Of a DNA stretch of 64,000 nucleotides, positions 1 through 9,979 are shown piece by piece. The notes beneath the pieces are model-generated. The model worked only from the letters and a program-made list of their open reading frames with translations, searched no databases and had not been told where the DNA came from. The position numbers were made by a program, and so were the translations under genes. The stretch is from a virus. Within the stretch, counting starts at the first letter, position 1. Each line of letters opens with the position of its first letter. Location: positions 1 through 64,000 of IMG/VR virus record IMGVR_UViG_3300036820_000004. One strand, 5' to 3'.

Positions 1-1343
1 TTCCGCTCGGGTGAGCAGTAGCCGCCGTAGTTCTTGATGACGAACGGCGGCGTGGTCAGCCAGTGGTGACAGTAGGTCGCGATGCTCGACACCGGCTCAT
101 CGGTCCCCATGGCCGTCTGGTTGTTTCGCAGGACCGTAAGGAACGGCTGGGTCACCAGCGCATCGGTGTCCCGCACCACCCGGGTCCGCAGCGGCTCACC
201 CGTGGTCGTCGGGTCCGAGGTGCGGTTGTAGCCGCCGAGCGGCAGGACCAAGCCGTGGTTGCGGCCAGTGGTTATCGTCGCCAGAGGCTCATCGATGCTG
301 CGCGGTGCATTGTTCGGGCCGCGGAGCATCGTGATGAATGGCGGCGTGGCAAGCGCCTGCTCGCTGGTGCAGTTGCGGGTGCCCATCGGCGCGTCATTGA
401 CCGGCCACGCCCGCACGTACCCGGACCCAGGCCGCTCGTAGGTGTTGCCGCCCACGGCCACGGTGACCGGCTGGGCGAACATCGCCAGGCCCGCGCGGAT
501 CCGGCGGATCGTGTTCGCTGCGAGCGGGCGCTTGCGGTCCCCGATCCTCGTCCCGAGGTCGGCCCAGTCGATCGCCGCCGCCGCGGGCAGCACGAACGGC
601 TCGGCGACCGCGTGGCGGCAATCCAGGCTCGGGCACCGGTAGACGTACTGACGCCGGTACTTCCCGATCCTCGGCCGCCCCGGCCGCTTCCACGACTGGA
701 ATGCCGCGACGGCCGTCTCGCACACCGGGCACCAGGCCAGCGGCTTCGGGTCAACGTCGGGCAGCGGGATGCCCGTGCGCGTGAACACGATGTACAGCCG
801 GTCGCGCCACTGCGGGGCGTACGGGTTGCCTTCGCCGCCGATGTGCGCCGACGACACGCTGACGAGCTGGTAGTTGTAGCCCAGCAGCACCATGCCCGAC
901 AGCCACCAGTCCCACAGTTCCCAGTCCGCGGCCTCGGTGACGTTCTCCACGATCACGGCCTTGTACCGGTGGACCTCGGCCGCCCGGATCACGTCGTGGA
1001 AGGTCGCCCGGGTGCGCTCAAAGCCAGCCCCGGGGACATGGCCGCCCTCCTCGAACAGGTCCATCTGGCCCTTGGGGCGCCGCTTGCGCCCGCCCGCGGG
1101 CGAGTTCTCGGTGCAGATCGGGCTGGCCCACAGCACGTCGGTGTGCGGCAGGCGCCGCATGTCGTAGTTGTTGATGTCAGCGCAGAGGTGCTCGGCGTCG
1201 AAGTTCGCCGAGTGGGTCTCGATCGCCCGCGGCCAGTGGTTCGCCGCCAACTTCAGCTCAAGGCCGGCCGCGCTCATCCCGATCGAACTGCCGCCCGCGC
1301 CGCAGAAGATGTCCGTGTAGGTCAGGCTCAATTGGTCCCCCAT
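1..1343 (-). CDS. C5 cytosine DNA methyltransferase (runs off window start)
   Basis: Not in ORF track; manual translation from ATG 1343: MGDQLSLTYTDIFCGAGGSSIG (motif I) ... VLWASPICTE (catalytic Cys) ... IVENV (motif VI). Confidence 0.85.
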   Translation of the reverse strand, partial: MGDQLSLTYTDIFCGAGGSSIGMSAAGLELKLAANHWPRAIETHSANFDAEHLCADINNYDMRRLPHTDVLWASPICTENSPAGGRKRRPKGQMDLFEEGGHVPGAGFERTRATFHDVIRAAEVHRYKAVIVENVTEAADWELWDWWLSGMVLLGYNYQLVSVSSAHIGGEGNPYAPQWRDRLYIVFTRTGIPLPDVDPKPLAWCPVCETAVAAFQSWKRPGRPRIGKYRRQYVYRCPSLDCRHAVAEPFVLPAAAAIDWADLGTRIGDRKRPLAANTIRRIRAGLAMFAQPVTVAVGGNTYERPGSGYVRAWPVNDAPMGTRNCTSEQALATPPFITMLRGPNNAPRSIDEPLATITTGRNHGLVLPLGGYNRTSDPTTTGEPLRTRVVRDTDALVTQPFLTVLRNNQTAMGTDEPVSSIATYCHHWLTTPPFVIKNYGGYCSPER

Positions 1344-1383
1344 GTGCCCGGATAGCAGGTCTGGCAGGGCTGCACCGGGCGCC

Positions 1384-1812
1384 TCACCGGGCACCTCCGG
1401 AGATCACCAGTGCTGTGGCGAACAGCCACGCCCAGTGCCACGCCTGGTCCAGCAGCGCGGCTCCGGTGGCGAGCCCTTCACCTGCCCGGTAGAACCCGCC
1501 GCTGCCGGTCCGGGCGGCCAGCTTCCGCAGCGGCGTCCGCCGGTCAGCGAAGTAGTGCGTGACCGCGCTGGCGCCGAGCCCGGCCGCGACCCGTCCGGCG
1601 TGCAACGGGAGCGCAAGCCACCACCCGGCCAGCGCCAGGCACGCGGCGAGGGTGAGCGTGTACGTGGCCACGTGCGCGGCACACGCTCTCCGGCCGGCCC
1701 AGCCCGGCTTCCCCTTCGCTGCTGCCTGGGCGCTGGTCTGCACCCAGTAATCGCCGACCTGGTGGCCCGCGGCCATCGCGGCGAAGACGGCAGCGAACAC
1801 GGCGGCGGTCAT
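1384..1812 (-). CDS. DUF3307-like membrane protein
   Basis: GHQVGDYWVQT, HYFAD, LDQAWH motifs; hydrophobic helices. Confidence 0.75.
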   Translation of the reverse strand: MTAAVFAAVFAAMAAGHQVGDYWVQTSAQAAAKGKPGWAGRRACAAHVATYTLTLAACLALAGWWLALPLHAGRVAAGLGASAVTHYFADRRTPLRKLAARTGSGGFYRAGEGLATGAALLDQAWHWAWLFATALVISGGAR

Positions 1813-2018
1813 GATGCTGCCTCCCGGTAGCCTCCGCCGCGGCGCTCAGGGTGCCGGGGTGGCCACGGCCAGGGCCGGGCAGTCTCCTCGGCGACACGGG
1901 CGGCGTACTCGTCGGCGTCTTCGGTGATGAGGTCCAGGTCTGCCCCGGTGACCTTGCCTCGTGTGGCTGCGTCCCTGAGACGGCGCTGGAGGGAGGAGCG
2001 GAACTCGGCCCGGGTCAC
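1809..2018 (-). CDS. hypothetical protein
   Basis: GTGA start/stop coupling at both ends. Confidence 0.5.
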   Translation of the reverse strand: MTRAEFRSSLQRRLRDAATRGKVTGADLDLITEDADEYAARVAEETARPWPWPPRHPERRGGGYREAAS

Positions 2019-2278
2019 GGCCGGGCCTCGAAGTTCTCGCGGACGGCCAGGTCCGTCGGGTCCAGTTCCTGGCCGCCCTCGCCGATGACGAGCACTTGCG
2101 TTGTGTCCGGGTCGTAGCCGTTGAGGACCAGGAGGCAGGCGAAGCAGACGCCCTCGTCCGGGCCGGGCTGCTCGGCACCCGCGCCGTAGTAGTCGTCTTC
2201 GGGTGTGCACTGGTAGGTGCGATTGCAGCGACGGCAGGTGACCTGCTGCCACTGGATGCCCTCGTTGAGGTCCATCAC
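2015..2278 (-). CDS. small CxxC protein
   Basis: CRRC and CFAC pairs; coupled to downstream gene. Confidence 0.55.
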   Translation of the reverse strand: MMDLNEGIQWQQVTCRRCNRTYQCTPEDDYYGAGAEQPGPDEGVCFACLLVLNGYDPDTTQVLVIGEGGQELDPTDLAVRENFEARP

Positions 2279-2300
2279 GCCCCCTCGGCTGGCATCTCGG

Positions 2301-2516
2301 TCACCCGGTCACCTCCGGTGGCTGGTGCTGCCGCTGAGCCGGGCACAGAGCCGAGATGTGCGTCAGCCGCGAGACACAGGCCATCCCGACCCCGGCCCGG
2401 ACCACAGTCCACGAGCATGCGCAGTCCGGGGGGATCGAGAAGGTGGGCATCTCGACGGTGCCAGCGGGCTTGCAGTTGCCTGCCCGGAGGTCAATGACGC
2501 GGGTGCGCCTGGTCAT
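2301..2516 (-). CDS. hypothetical protein
   Basis: ATGA coupling with upstream methyltransferase stop. Confidence 0.45.
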   Translation of the reverse strand: MTRRTRVIDLRAGNCKPAGTVEMPTFSIPPDCACSWTVVRAGVGMACVSRLTHISALCPAQRQHQPPEVTG

Positions 2517-3394
2517 CGGTGAGCCTCCGTCTGGTAGCCGAGATCCTCGGAGATCGTGCATAGTGCGCTCCCGGAGCGAGGGTGCTTGCAGCGGTACTCG
2601 CACTCGGGCCGCTCCCACGACATCTGCCATCTGGCGCGGTGGCCGAACCGGCGGTGCAGACGGCGCATCGACGGGAGGTTGAGTTCAGTCGGCGAGTCCC
2701 AGATGTCGTGCCAGGCCGCGCCGTACCAGGCCGGCGGCACGCAGTCGTCGTGCAGGGCGCATCCTTCGCGGGTCCCGAGCCTCAGCGTGAGAGCGTCACC
2801 GAGATGAACGTGCAGCCTCGGGTCGGCCGCCCAGGCATCCCGGGCCGCCTCGTCGCGGGCGGTCAACTCGATGACATCGGGGTCGATCTCGATCACGTCG
2901 ATGTGCTCGACGGGGCAGTTCGCGAGCAGCCACGCCGGGACGATGCCCAGCCCGAGGCCGCTGACCAGAATGTTCGCGGTGCCCTCAGACTGCACCCGGT
3001 CCAGGAACGGCAGGCATCCGGCTATCTCGGCGGGGAGATCCGACATGACCAGGCCGCGCTCGTCGTGGACAAGGGCGGTGTACCAGCCCGGTTCCCACGG
3101 CAGGCCATCGGCCTCCGCCACCCACTGCGACGGCTCGCCAGTCTTGTCCTCGACCATCTCGACACGCCACGGGCCGCGCCGGCCGCAAATACCGACATGT
3201 GCCCGGTAATCGTCCCAGCTGACCGTCTTCCAGCGTTCGCGGTCGTGGCCGGCTCGCGGGCGGCGGCCGGACTGGATGAGCGCCTTGGCGAGGCCGGGGC
3301 TGCCGTCGAGGAAGGCGCGGGACCAGGTGTGCTGGCTCTCGCCTCCGGTGACACCGGCCGACGGGCCGGTGATCACGTCACCATGGGTCTGCAT
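2513..3394 (-). CDS. SAM-dependent methyltransferase (spermidine-synthase-like fold)
   Basis: ILVSGLGLG ... IDVIEIDPDVI ... HLGDA ... WHDIW Rossmann motifs. Confidence 0.75.
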   Translation of the reverse strand: MQTHGDVITGPSAGVTGGESQHTWSRAFLDGSPGLAKALIQSGRRPRAGHDRERWKTVSWDDYRAHVGICGRRGPWRVEMVEDKTGEPSQWVAEADGLPWEPGWYTALVHDERGLVMSDLPAEIAGCLPFLDRVQSEGTANILVSGLGLGIVPAWLLANCPVEHIDVIEIDPDVIELTARDEAARDAWAADPRLHVHLGDALTLRLGTREGCALHDDCVPPAWYGAAWHDIWDSPTELNLPSMRRLHRRFGHRARWQMSWERPECEYRCKHPRSGSALCTISEDLGYQTEAHR

Positions 3395-3968
3395 CGGTGC
3401 CCTCCCCTGCGTTCAGGTACTCGCGCCAGTCGACCGGGCCGGTCTCAGTCCAGAACCGGAACTCCCGGCGACGGCGCCCGGTGAACACCAGCGTCCACAG
3501 CAGGCCGTCCACCGATGTGATCCTGTGCGCCTCGCTGAACTTGATGGCCCTCAGCGAGAAGCGGGGACGCTTGCGGTTGCGGGGCCAGATCAGCGAGTCC
3601 GGGTCATCCCAGATCCGCTCCTCGTAGCTGCCCGACAGGATCAAGCTCACGAAAGGCCAGGGATGATCGTGCGGATCGCGGTCCATGTCCGGGCCGTGAA
3701 TCCGGTGCAGCATCACGGCGAACCACGGGGTCTGAACGACGCGGAGGCGGTCCAGGTAGGGCCGGCCATCCTTGACGATCTGATAGCCCTGCATGAACGC
3801 CCAGCGCGGGCTCGGCTTGCCGATCATCGGGCATTCACCTCCGAGCGGGCGTAGCTCTGGATGGCGGCCCGTACGCGCTCGATCGCGGCGGCGTCCTTTT
3901 CGGCGCGGGCTGCGTTCCATGCGTTCCGGAGGTGCTGAGGCAGCCGGTGCCAGTCCCCCGGGGATCAT
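3378..3968 (-). CDS. cupin-like phage protein
   Basis: DRDPHDHPWPFVSLILSGSYEE and HRI motif; start 3968 (coupled) or 3827. Confidence 0.6.
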   Translation of the reverse strand: MIPGGLAPAASAPPERMERSPRRKGRRRDRARTGRHPELRPLGGECPMIGKPSPRWAFMQGYQIVKDGRPYLDRLRVVQTPWFAVMLHRIHGPDMDRDPHDHPWPFVSLILSGSYEERIWDDPDSLIWPRNRKRPRFSLRAIKFSEAHRITSVDGLLWTLVFTGRRRREFRFWTETGPVDWREYLNAGEGTDADPW

Positions 3969-4804
3969 GACGCCTCCTTGAGCGCCGCAGTTGAGCGCGA
4001 GCGTTCTTTCCACCGACGCCAGGTCTCGCGCTTGCAGATGCGGCAAGCCCTTGAGCCGTCCGGGTGGCGATAGGTGTTCGCAGGTGTGTACTCGTGCCCG
4101 TTTACGCAGTGGGTCCTGCGACCATGCATGCGGGCGTTGTTTTCCTTGACGGTCACGGGATCCAGATGTGCCGGATTACAGCAGCGCCGATGCGGGCATC
4201 TGCCGCGGGCATGACAACCGGTGTCCTTGTTGTGGCACACATGGTCGAGCTTCAGTTCATCTGGAATCGGGGCCCGCAACAACTCCCACGCCAAGCGGTG
4301 GACGTATACCCGCCTGCCTTCAAGTTGGGTATAGCCGTAGCCGTTCCTGACGAGCTGACCGTTCCACAACCAGCAAGGTGCATCGTCCACGGCATCCGGT
4401 ACAGTCGGCCCGATGACGATTTGCGACCAAAAACGCTCTATAGCCTCCCGGCGCATCCCGGGCGGCATCTTGAGGATCTTGGCCGGGTCGCCATACATGC
4501 GGAAGCGGCGGTAGTGCTTACGGCAGAGATCCCTGCGATATACCGGCTTGTCGCAACGTGGTTGTGAGCATTCCTTGTAGATGCCGGCAATGATCGCCGC
4601 ATTCCGCTTTGCCGCCGCCCGCTGGCGCGTCGCCCTGGTGACAGCCTTCACTTCAGGGCTTGCCCTCCGGGCGCGAGCACGGGCTGTCATGCACTCACGG
4701 CACTTAGTTTGAAGGCCGTCTCGGTTGTCCTTGCAGCGCCCGAATTGCTCCCTTGGGAGATCCCTGCCGCACGCCTTGCATCGCTTGAGTTGTTCACGAC
4801 TCAT
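3965..4804 (-). CDS. HNH endonuclease with Zn-binding modules
   Basis: CWLW..GYG..HRLAW..LDHVC..RCCNPAHL..ENN; C-terminal THCVNGHEY..RACRIC. Confidence 0.85.
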   Translation of the reverse strand: MSREQLKRCKACGRDLPREQFGRCKDNRDGLQTKCRECMTARARARRASPEVKAVTRATRQRAAAKRNAAIIAGIYKECSQPRCDKPVYRRDLCRKHYRRFRMYGDPAKILKMPPGMRREAIERFWSQIVIGPTVPDAVDDAPCWLWNGQLVRNGYGYTQLEGRRVYVHRLAWELLRAPIPDELKLDHVCHNKDTGCHARGRCPHRRCCNPAHLDPVTVKENNARMHGRRTHCVNGHEYTPANTYRHPDGSRACRICKRETWRRWKERSRSTAALKEAS

Positions 4805-4943
4805 CCGGAACCCTCCAGTCCAGCGAAAGGCGTCACACGCGAACGGCTCACAGGGTCGCCGCAGAACACGCACGGCGGCCTGAGACTGGAGCCGGGGGCT
4901 TCGTTGGGCCGGGCTGCGGGACGGGCCGGGTGGCGGCGGGGCA

Positions 4944-5330
4944 TCAGGCAGCCACCCCGTTCCCGCGTTGCCTCTCGTCGTAGAGCAGCCGGACCAGGAT
5001 CGGTGCCCCGGCCACCCGTTCCGCCCGCCGCCGCCGCTGGGCTTGCGCCTGGTAGGCCCGCTCGCCCTGCTGCACGGCCAGCGGCATGTCAGCGAAGGCG
5101 ACGCCGGCTTTGCGCAGCGCGGTGCAGTCGGCGTGCATCCGGCGCAGACGGGCGGCACGGGCCTCGGCAGTGGTGAGCACTTCGCCGCGGCGCCGTTTCT
5201 GCCGCCAGTCCTCGGCAGCGGCGTGGGCTGCCAGGCATGCCGGGTCAGCCTTCTGGCCATGGGCCTTGTGCCGCTCGTAGCCGCCGTCCGTACCGCAGGG
5301 TGAGAGGTTCCACCAGGGACGCCAGCTCAT
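4944..5330 (-). CDS. hypothetical actinophage protein
   Basis: PCGTDGGYERH motif typical of small actinophage Zn/DNA-binding proteins; coupled start. Confidence 0.55.
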   Translation of the reverse strand: MSWRPWWNLSPCGTDGGYERHKAHGQKADPACLAAHAAAEDWRQKRRRGEVLTTAEARAARLRRMHADCTALRKAGVAFADMPLAVQQGERAYQAQAQRRRRAERVAGAPILVRLLYDERQRGNGVAA

Positions 5331-5671
5331 GACGGCATCGCCTCCCATGCCCACCCGGGACCGGTGACCGCGCGGGCCCGGTACTTGCCCGGCTGAACCG
5401 GCGGCCCGGCCAGGCTCGTGAGGTACACGTGCAGCGAGCAGGTCAGCAACTGGTCTCCGAGTCGTTCCCGCAGCGGGTGACGGGTCGTGAACGAGTCCGC
5501 GCCAAACCAGACGATGTGCTCGGTGATCTGGTCGGCCAGGATCTCGGCTACCGCGCCACGGTTAGGGCAGTGCAGGTAAGAGCACGTGACGTCGCCCCCA
5601 TCGCCGAGGAAGAGGGTCCGGCCGCAGCCCATCGGGCAGTAGCCGTCCACGTAACGGTCGTCGGCGCTCAC
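5327..5671 (-). CDS. Cys-rich hypothetical protein
   Basis: CPMGC..CSYLHC; coupled both sides. Confidence 0.6.
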   Translation of the reverse strand: MSADDRYVDGYCPMGCGRTLFLGDGGDVTCSYLHCPNRGAVAEILADQITEHIVWFGADSFTTRHPLRERLGDQLLTCSLHVYLTSLAGPPVQPGKYRARAVTGPGWAWEAMPS

Positions 5672-6516
5672 GGTGCAGCCTCCAACTGGGTGAGGGCGCG
5701 CTGTGCTGCCTTGGCCAGCGCGTCACGAATCCTGCGGGCATCGGCGAGCAACCGCTGCGCAGCGACATGGCCGGCGACACCGGGAAGCGCGGCGGCGAAC
5801 TCCTCCGGGCGCACGGCGGTGACCGGTGTCTCGCCATGCCACGCGTACTGGTCGACCTTGACCCCGGCCGCTTCCTCGATGACTTTGAGGGCGTCAAGCC
5901 GGTCGCGGGTGTGCGAGGACAAGCCGCGAACCTCCTGCTCGGCGCGGATCTTCTGCGCCTGCTGGTACAGGTCGTCGCGGTGCTCCTGGCGCAGCGCCTC
6001 TATCTCGGCGAGACGCTCGTTGTCGGCGCGGGCTAGCAGGTCAGCGAGCAGGCCGAGGGTCAGCTGCGGTTCCTTGACGGCCGCCTCGGCGACGACCCGG
6101 AACCGGCGGCTCCGTGACTGCGGTTCCATCAGCCCCCACCCGGCGGGCAGTTCGCCGCCACGGATAATGCCGGGCGGGGCGACGACCCACCAGCGTGAGC
6201 AGTACGGCCACCACGCGTCGGCCTTGGCCGGGTCGTCAAGCTCGCGCAGCCAGTCCGAGCGGGAGACCTTGAGTTCGTGGGCGTCGATGCCCCGGCCCCG
6301 GGATGCCACGCCAATGTGGATGAGGTCGCAGCGGCGGCGTTGCGGGCCGGGTGACTCGGGTTCGGTGATGAGGATGCAGCCGTCACGGGCGGTGCCTGGC
6401 TTGCGGTAGTGGGTTTTCAGTGCGGTGAGCAGGCCGCTGGTGCTCATCTGCGGGGTCTTCTCGCCTGTGCCCGGCTCGGGTGCGACCGGGGGAAGCGTGT
6501 CCTGGACAGCGGTCAT
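5668..6516 (-). CDS. MmcB-like PD-(D/E)XK nuclease
   Basis: RRCDLI...HELKVSRSDWLREL...WWVVAP...ELPAGWGL. Confidence 0.7.
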   Translation of the reverse strand: MTAVQDTLPPVAPEPGTGEKTPQMSTSGLLTALKTHYRKPGTARDGCILITEPESPGPQRRRCDLIHIGVASRGRGIDAHELKVSRSDWLRELDDPAKADAWWPYCSRWWVVAPPGIIRGGELPAGWGLMEPQSRSRRFRVVAEAAVKEPQLTLGLLADLLARADNERLAEIEALRQEHRDDLYQQAQKIRAEQEVRGLSSHTRDRLDALKVIEEAAGVKVDQYAWHGETPVTAVRPEEFAAALPGVAGHVAAQRLLADARRIRDALAKAAQRALTQLEAAP

Positions 6517-7130
6517 GACGGCTCACCCGTACGCGGCGCTGTAGTCGATTCTGCGGCTCCGGCGTCCTCCGCTACCGGGCTGACCTCTCCGTGGCCCGCA
6601 GGCGCTGCCTGGGCGGTGGCGGGGCGCACTCCCGCGACAACGCGCAGGCGCTCCTTCGCCGCAATAGCCGGCTCGTGCTGCGTGCCGGGCAGCCATGCGG
6701 TGCCGAACGTGATGTCCAGCACTGCCCGCAGATCGTCTAGTCGTGCAAGCCCCAGTTCCGGCAGCGGATGCTCCGGCCCGGCCATGTCCTCCTCGAGGTA
6801 GCACGCGACTGCTTTGACCAAGTCGGCGAGTGCCGGGTTGTTGCCGCCGATGGTGTTACGGGCGATGTCGCGCAGGACCGCTACCGGATCCGCGGGCTCA
6901 AGGCGCAGCGCCATGTTCCGGCCCTCGCACGCTTCCGCTGCCAGTTCCCGGGTGTCCATGACCCCGATCAGCACGTCCTCGTCTGAAGGCTCCGGGCCGG
7001 ACTGGGCGTAGATCGTGCGCCCAACATGGCGGCCCGTGCGCCAGACGGTGCCCGGCTTCTCGTGTGGCGGTAGTCCCAGGTCCAGTTCTGCCCCCGGGTC
7101 CGGTGCGAACCCGGTCTCTTCGTCACTCAT
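6513..7130 (-). CDS. hypothetical protein
   Basis: RBS before MSDEE; WRTGRHVGRTIY motif; coupled stop. Confidence 0.55.
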   Translation of the reverse strand: MSDEETGFAPDPGAELDLGLPPHEKPGTVWRTGRHVGRTIYAQSGPEPSDEDVLIGVMDTRELAAEACEGRNMALRLEPADPVAVLRDIARNTIGGNNPALADLVKAVACYLEEDMAGPEHPLPELGLARLDDLRAVLDITFGTAWLPGTQHEPAIAAKERLRVVAGVRPATAQAAPAGHGEVSPVAEDAGAAESTTAPRTGEPS

Positions 7131-7200
7131 CGGTGCTCGTTCTTCCTCTCGTCGCCTGCCCCGGGCCCGCATATCCAGGCCCGGGGCAACTACAGGCGGG

Positions 7201-8031
7201 TCAGGCCGACTGGCCCTGCATGATGGATGCGCCGATCGCCTCAGCGGCCTTGGCGGTGACGGCTTCGACGGCTTCCCGGCGCACCCTCTCCGGCGCGTTC
7301 AGGAAGTAGCCGAGCTTGAGCACGGTAGCCTCGGCCCGGTACCGCAGCCGGGCGGCGATCACCATGTCGTCGCAGTCCGTGTACGGCCGGATCCGCAGAT
7401 CCATCTCCTGGGGGAACTGGATGTGCCCGGTTCTGCCGGATCCCTGCTCGGTGGTCTCGATCCTGTGGATCTTGACGTCACCGGACGTCAGCCGTATCCC
7501 GGCCCCGTACTCGACCTTCTGGGTGGCCTCGAACACCTGGGCCGCGGTCAGCAGGTCCGCCGCCGCCACGGGGCCGCCCGGGGACAAGTCCCGGTAGTTG
7601 TCTTCCAGGAACTCAGCGAAAGCCTGCTGCGACTGGAACTTCCGGTCGAACTCCAGCCACGTCTTCCACTCCTCGGTGAGCTTCAAGGCGAGAACGAGGC
7701 GGTGCTGCTGCCAGCGTGCCCCGCCGAACTCCATCTGGTCAGCCGCGGCGTTGTAGTGGGCGTCGAGGACCGCGGTCACGGTCCCGTTGTCCAGGTCAGC
7801 GAACATTTCGGAGTCGTCGTCGGCGTGACGCCGGTAGTACTCGGCGAAGCTGGCCACGTCGGTGACGGTGACGCGCCCGGTTTTGCGGGCGGGCATCTTG
7901 TCGGTCAGGTCGATCTCCCGCAGTTCGCCGGCCGGGCCGAACCACGCGTAGCGGGATCCCGGCTGCAACTGGGCCGGCTCAGCCGCCTGGAACGCGAGGT
8001 CCTTGACGACCTCCGCCTCGGTGCCGCTCAT
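7201..8031 (-). CDS. DUF2303 (YfdQ-like) protein
   Basis: SFAEY..TAVLD..W..HR..EWKTW..QQAFAEFLEDN..ARLRYR. Confidence 0.85.
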   Translation of the reverse strand: MSGTEAEVVKDLAFQAAEPAQLQPGSRYAWFGPAGELREIDLTDKMPARKTGRVTVTDVASFAEYYRRHADDDSEMFADLDNGTVTAVLDAHYNAAADQMEFGGARWQQHRLVLALKLTEEWKTWLEFDRKFQSQQAFAEFLEDNYRDLSPGGPVAAADLLTAAQVFEATQKVEYGAGIRLTSGDVKIHRIETTEQGSGRTGHIQFPQEMDLRIRPYTDCDDMVIAARLRYRAEATVLKLGYFLNAPERVRREAVEAVTAKAAEAIGASIMQGQSA

Positions 8032-8366
8032 TGCGCCGGCCCCCTGTCAACCTCGAACAGGGCCTCGGCGTACCGCGGGTCGTCGCGGGTCAGTGCCCCG
8101 TCGTCGGTGAAGAAGAACAGGCCCCACGGCGCGTCCGGCTGCGGCATCTTCGCTGTCGCTGTCGCCGCGACCTGAACATTCGCCGAGTTGCCCTTCGCCG
8201 GCCGGACCTCGACCGTCACCGTCACCGACCCTTTCCGGCCGAGCTCGTTCACGGACTTGACCAGGCCCATGAGCAAGTCGTCGGCTTTGGTGGCCACGGC
8301 TCCGTGTTCGATCCCGGTCAGTGCCGCGATGAACGTCTGGGCGGATCCTGGTTCTTGCTGTGCCAT
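8028..8366 (-). CDS. usual upstream partner of DUF2303
   Basis: GRKGSVTVTVEV ... LFFFTDDGALTRDDP. Confidence 0.7.
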   Translation of the reverse strand: MAQQEPGSAQTFIAALTGIEHGAVATKADDLLMGLVKSVNELGRKGSVTVTVEVRPAKGNSANVQVAATATAKMPQPDAPWGLFFFTDDGALTRDDPRYAEALFEVDRGPAQ

Positions 8367-8393
8367 CTGGTTCCCTTCTGGGGTGGGTGGTGG

Positions 8394-8585
8394 TTACGCC
8401 GCCGGGTCAGCGGCGTCAGGTTCTGCCATGGCTGCGGTGAGCCGGCTGGTCTGCCACGAATGCCCGCACCGGCACTCGTAGAGGCCGACGGTGCTGTCCC
8501 CGTCCTCGTACACGCGGTGCGGCAGGACAGGTACTGAATGCTCGGGGGTGATACACCCGGGGCAGTTGTCGGTGAGGGCGTTCAC
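8394..8585 (-). CDS. small Zn-ribbon protein
   Basis: CPGC ... YECRCGHSW; coupled to dnaB stop. Confidence 0.5.
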   Translation of the reverse strand: MNALTDNCPGCITPEHSVPVLPHRVYEDGDSTVGLYECRCGHSWQTSRLTAAMAEPDAADPAA

Positions 8586-9979
8586 GATTCCGCCATCCGC
8601 GACGGCGACCACGCGAGGTTGACGAACCGGGCATAGTGGCCGTGGAACCCGACCGTCACCGTGGCCCGCGGCCCGTTGCGGTTCTTGTCGACGATCAGGT
8701 CGGCCTCGCCCGCGCGGGGTGACTCCGGCTCGTAGTGGTCGGGCCGGTGGATCAGGATGGCCACGTCGGAGTCGTTTTCGACGGCGCCGGACTCGCGGGC
8801 ATCCGACAGGTAGGGGCGCTTGTCGTGACGTGACTCAGGGCCGCGGTTCAGCTGGCAGAGCATGATCACCGGGATGCGGAATTCCCGGGCGATGGCCTTG
8901 AGTCCGCCGACAAGCGCGGAAACCTCGCGCTGCCGGTTCTCCCCGGCCGCGCCATCCATCAGTTGCAGGTAGTCGATGATCGCGACCTGCGCGGGTTCGC
9001 GCCGCGCCATGCCGCGCAGCCGGGCCCGGATGTGGGACAAGGTCACCCGGGGCATGTCGTCGATGATGAGTTTGCCGTCGGCGAACTTGTCCGTCACGCC
9101 CGCGATGGCGTCCCAGTCGGCAGATTCCATCGCCGGGGTGGTGATGTGGCCGAGCGGGATGCCGGCCTCGGCTGAGATGAGCCGGTCCATGACCTCGTCG
9201 CGGTCCTGTTCCATCGTGAAGAGGATCGCGGCGATCTTCTGGTGGATCGCCACGTAACGGGCGACACCCAAACCCAGCAGCGACTTGCCGAGCGACGGCC
9301 GCGCGGCGATCGTGACGAGCTGGCCGGGCCGCAGCCACGGGACCACGTCCCGCAGGTCTTCCCACGGAAACTGGATGACCCCGGGCGGCCTGCCGGACTC
9401 GATCCTGTCCAGCGCCGGGATGAACAAGTCAGCGACGGACGCGGGTTCAGTGCCGGTGTCCACGGCGAATGCCTCGTCGATTAGCGCGCGGATGTCGTCC
9501 GCCGTCTCGGCGGGGTCAAAGTCGAAGTCGGACCGCTCGGCGAGCATCTGGCTCGCCCGGGTCAGCGCAAGCAGCCCGCGGCGGCGGACGGCGGCTCTCA
9601 GGACACGGCGGGCGTCGGCCTCGTAGGACGGGGTGGCATGGTGCATCAGGTCGGCCAGGATGACCCCGGCCTGCCCGGTCTGCCACTGCCCGCGTTCGGT
9701 CGCGACCAACCGGGCCAGGACCGCTTGCGGTGTCAGTGCCTCGCCTTCCTCGGCGAGGTAACGCACCGCCCCGTAGACCGCCTGATGCATCGTGTCGGCG
9801 AAGAAATCCTCGGCCGGGAGAATCTCGATGATGGCCTCGGCGGCTCGCCGTCCGTCGATCACGGCGCTCGCGTTTCCGCCGAGCATCGCACCGAGAATGG
9901 CCTTCTCGGCGAGGATGACATCCGGCGTCTGGCCGGGAGCGGACAGAACCTGCCCGTTGCCCCTGGCGGTGACGGTCAT
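8582..9979 (-). CDS. dnaB: replicative DnaB-family helicase
   Basis: AEKAILGAM N-domain; AARPSLGKS Walker A; IIDYLQLM; QLNR; RESGAVENDSD; KNRNGP. Confidence 0.95.
   Translation of the reverse strand: MTVTARGNGQVLSAPGQTPDVILAEKAILGAMLGGNASAVIDGRRAAEAIIEILPAEDFFADTMHQAVYGAVRYLAEEGEALTPQAVLARLVATERGQWQTGQAGVILADLMHHATPSYEADARRVLRAAVRRRGLLALTRASQMLAERSDFDFDPAETADDIRALIDEAFAVDTGTEPASVADLFIPALDRIESGRPPGVIQFPWEDLRDVVPWLRPGQLVTIAARPSLGKSLLGLGVARYVAIHQKIAAILFTMEQDRDEVMDRLISAEAGIPLGHITTPAMESADWDAIAGVTDKFADGKLIIDDMPRVTLSHIRARLRGMARREPAQVAIIDYLQLMDGAAGENRQREVSALVGGLKAIAREFRIPVIMLCQLNRGPESRHDKRPYLSDARESGAVENDSDVAILIHRPDHYEPESPRAGEADLIVDKNRNGPRATVTVGFHGHYARFVNLAWSPSRMAES

Noticed and set aside
63-1355. 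430-aa plus-strand ORF (also 19018-20448, 22592-24082, 7015-8175)
   Set aside because: Antisense shadows of motif-bearing minus-strand genes; open antisense frames are common at high GC
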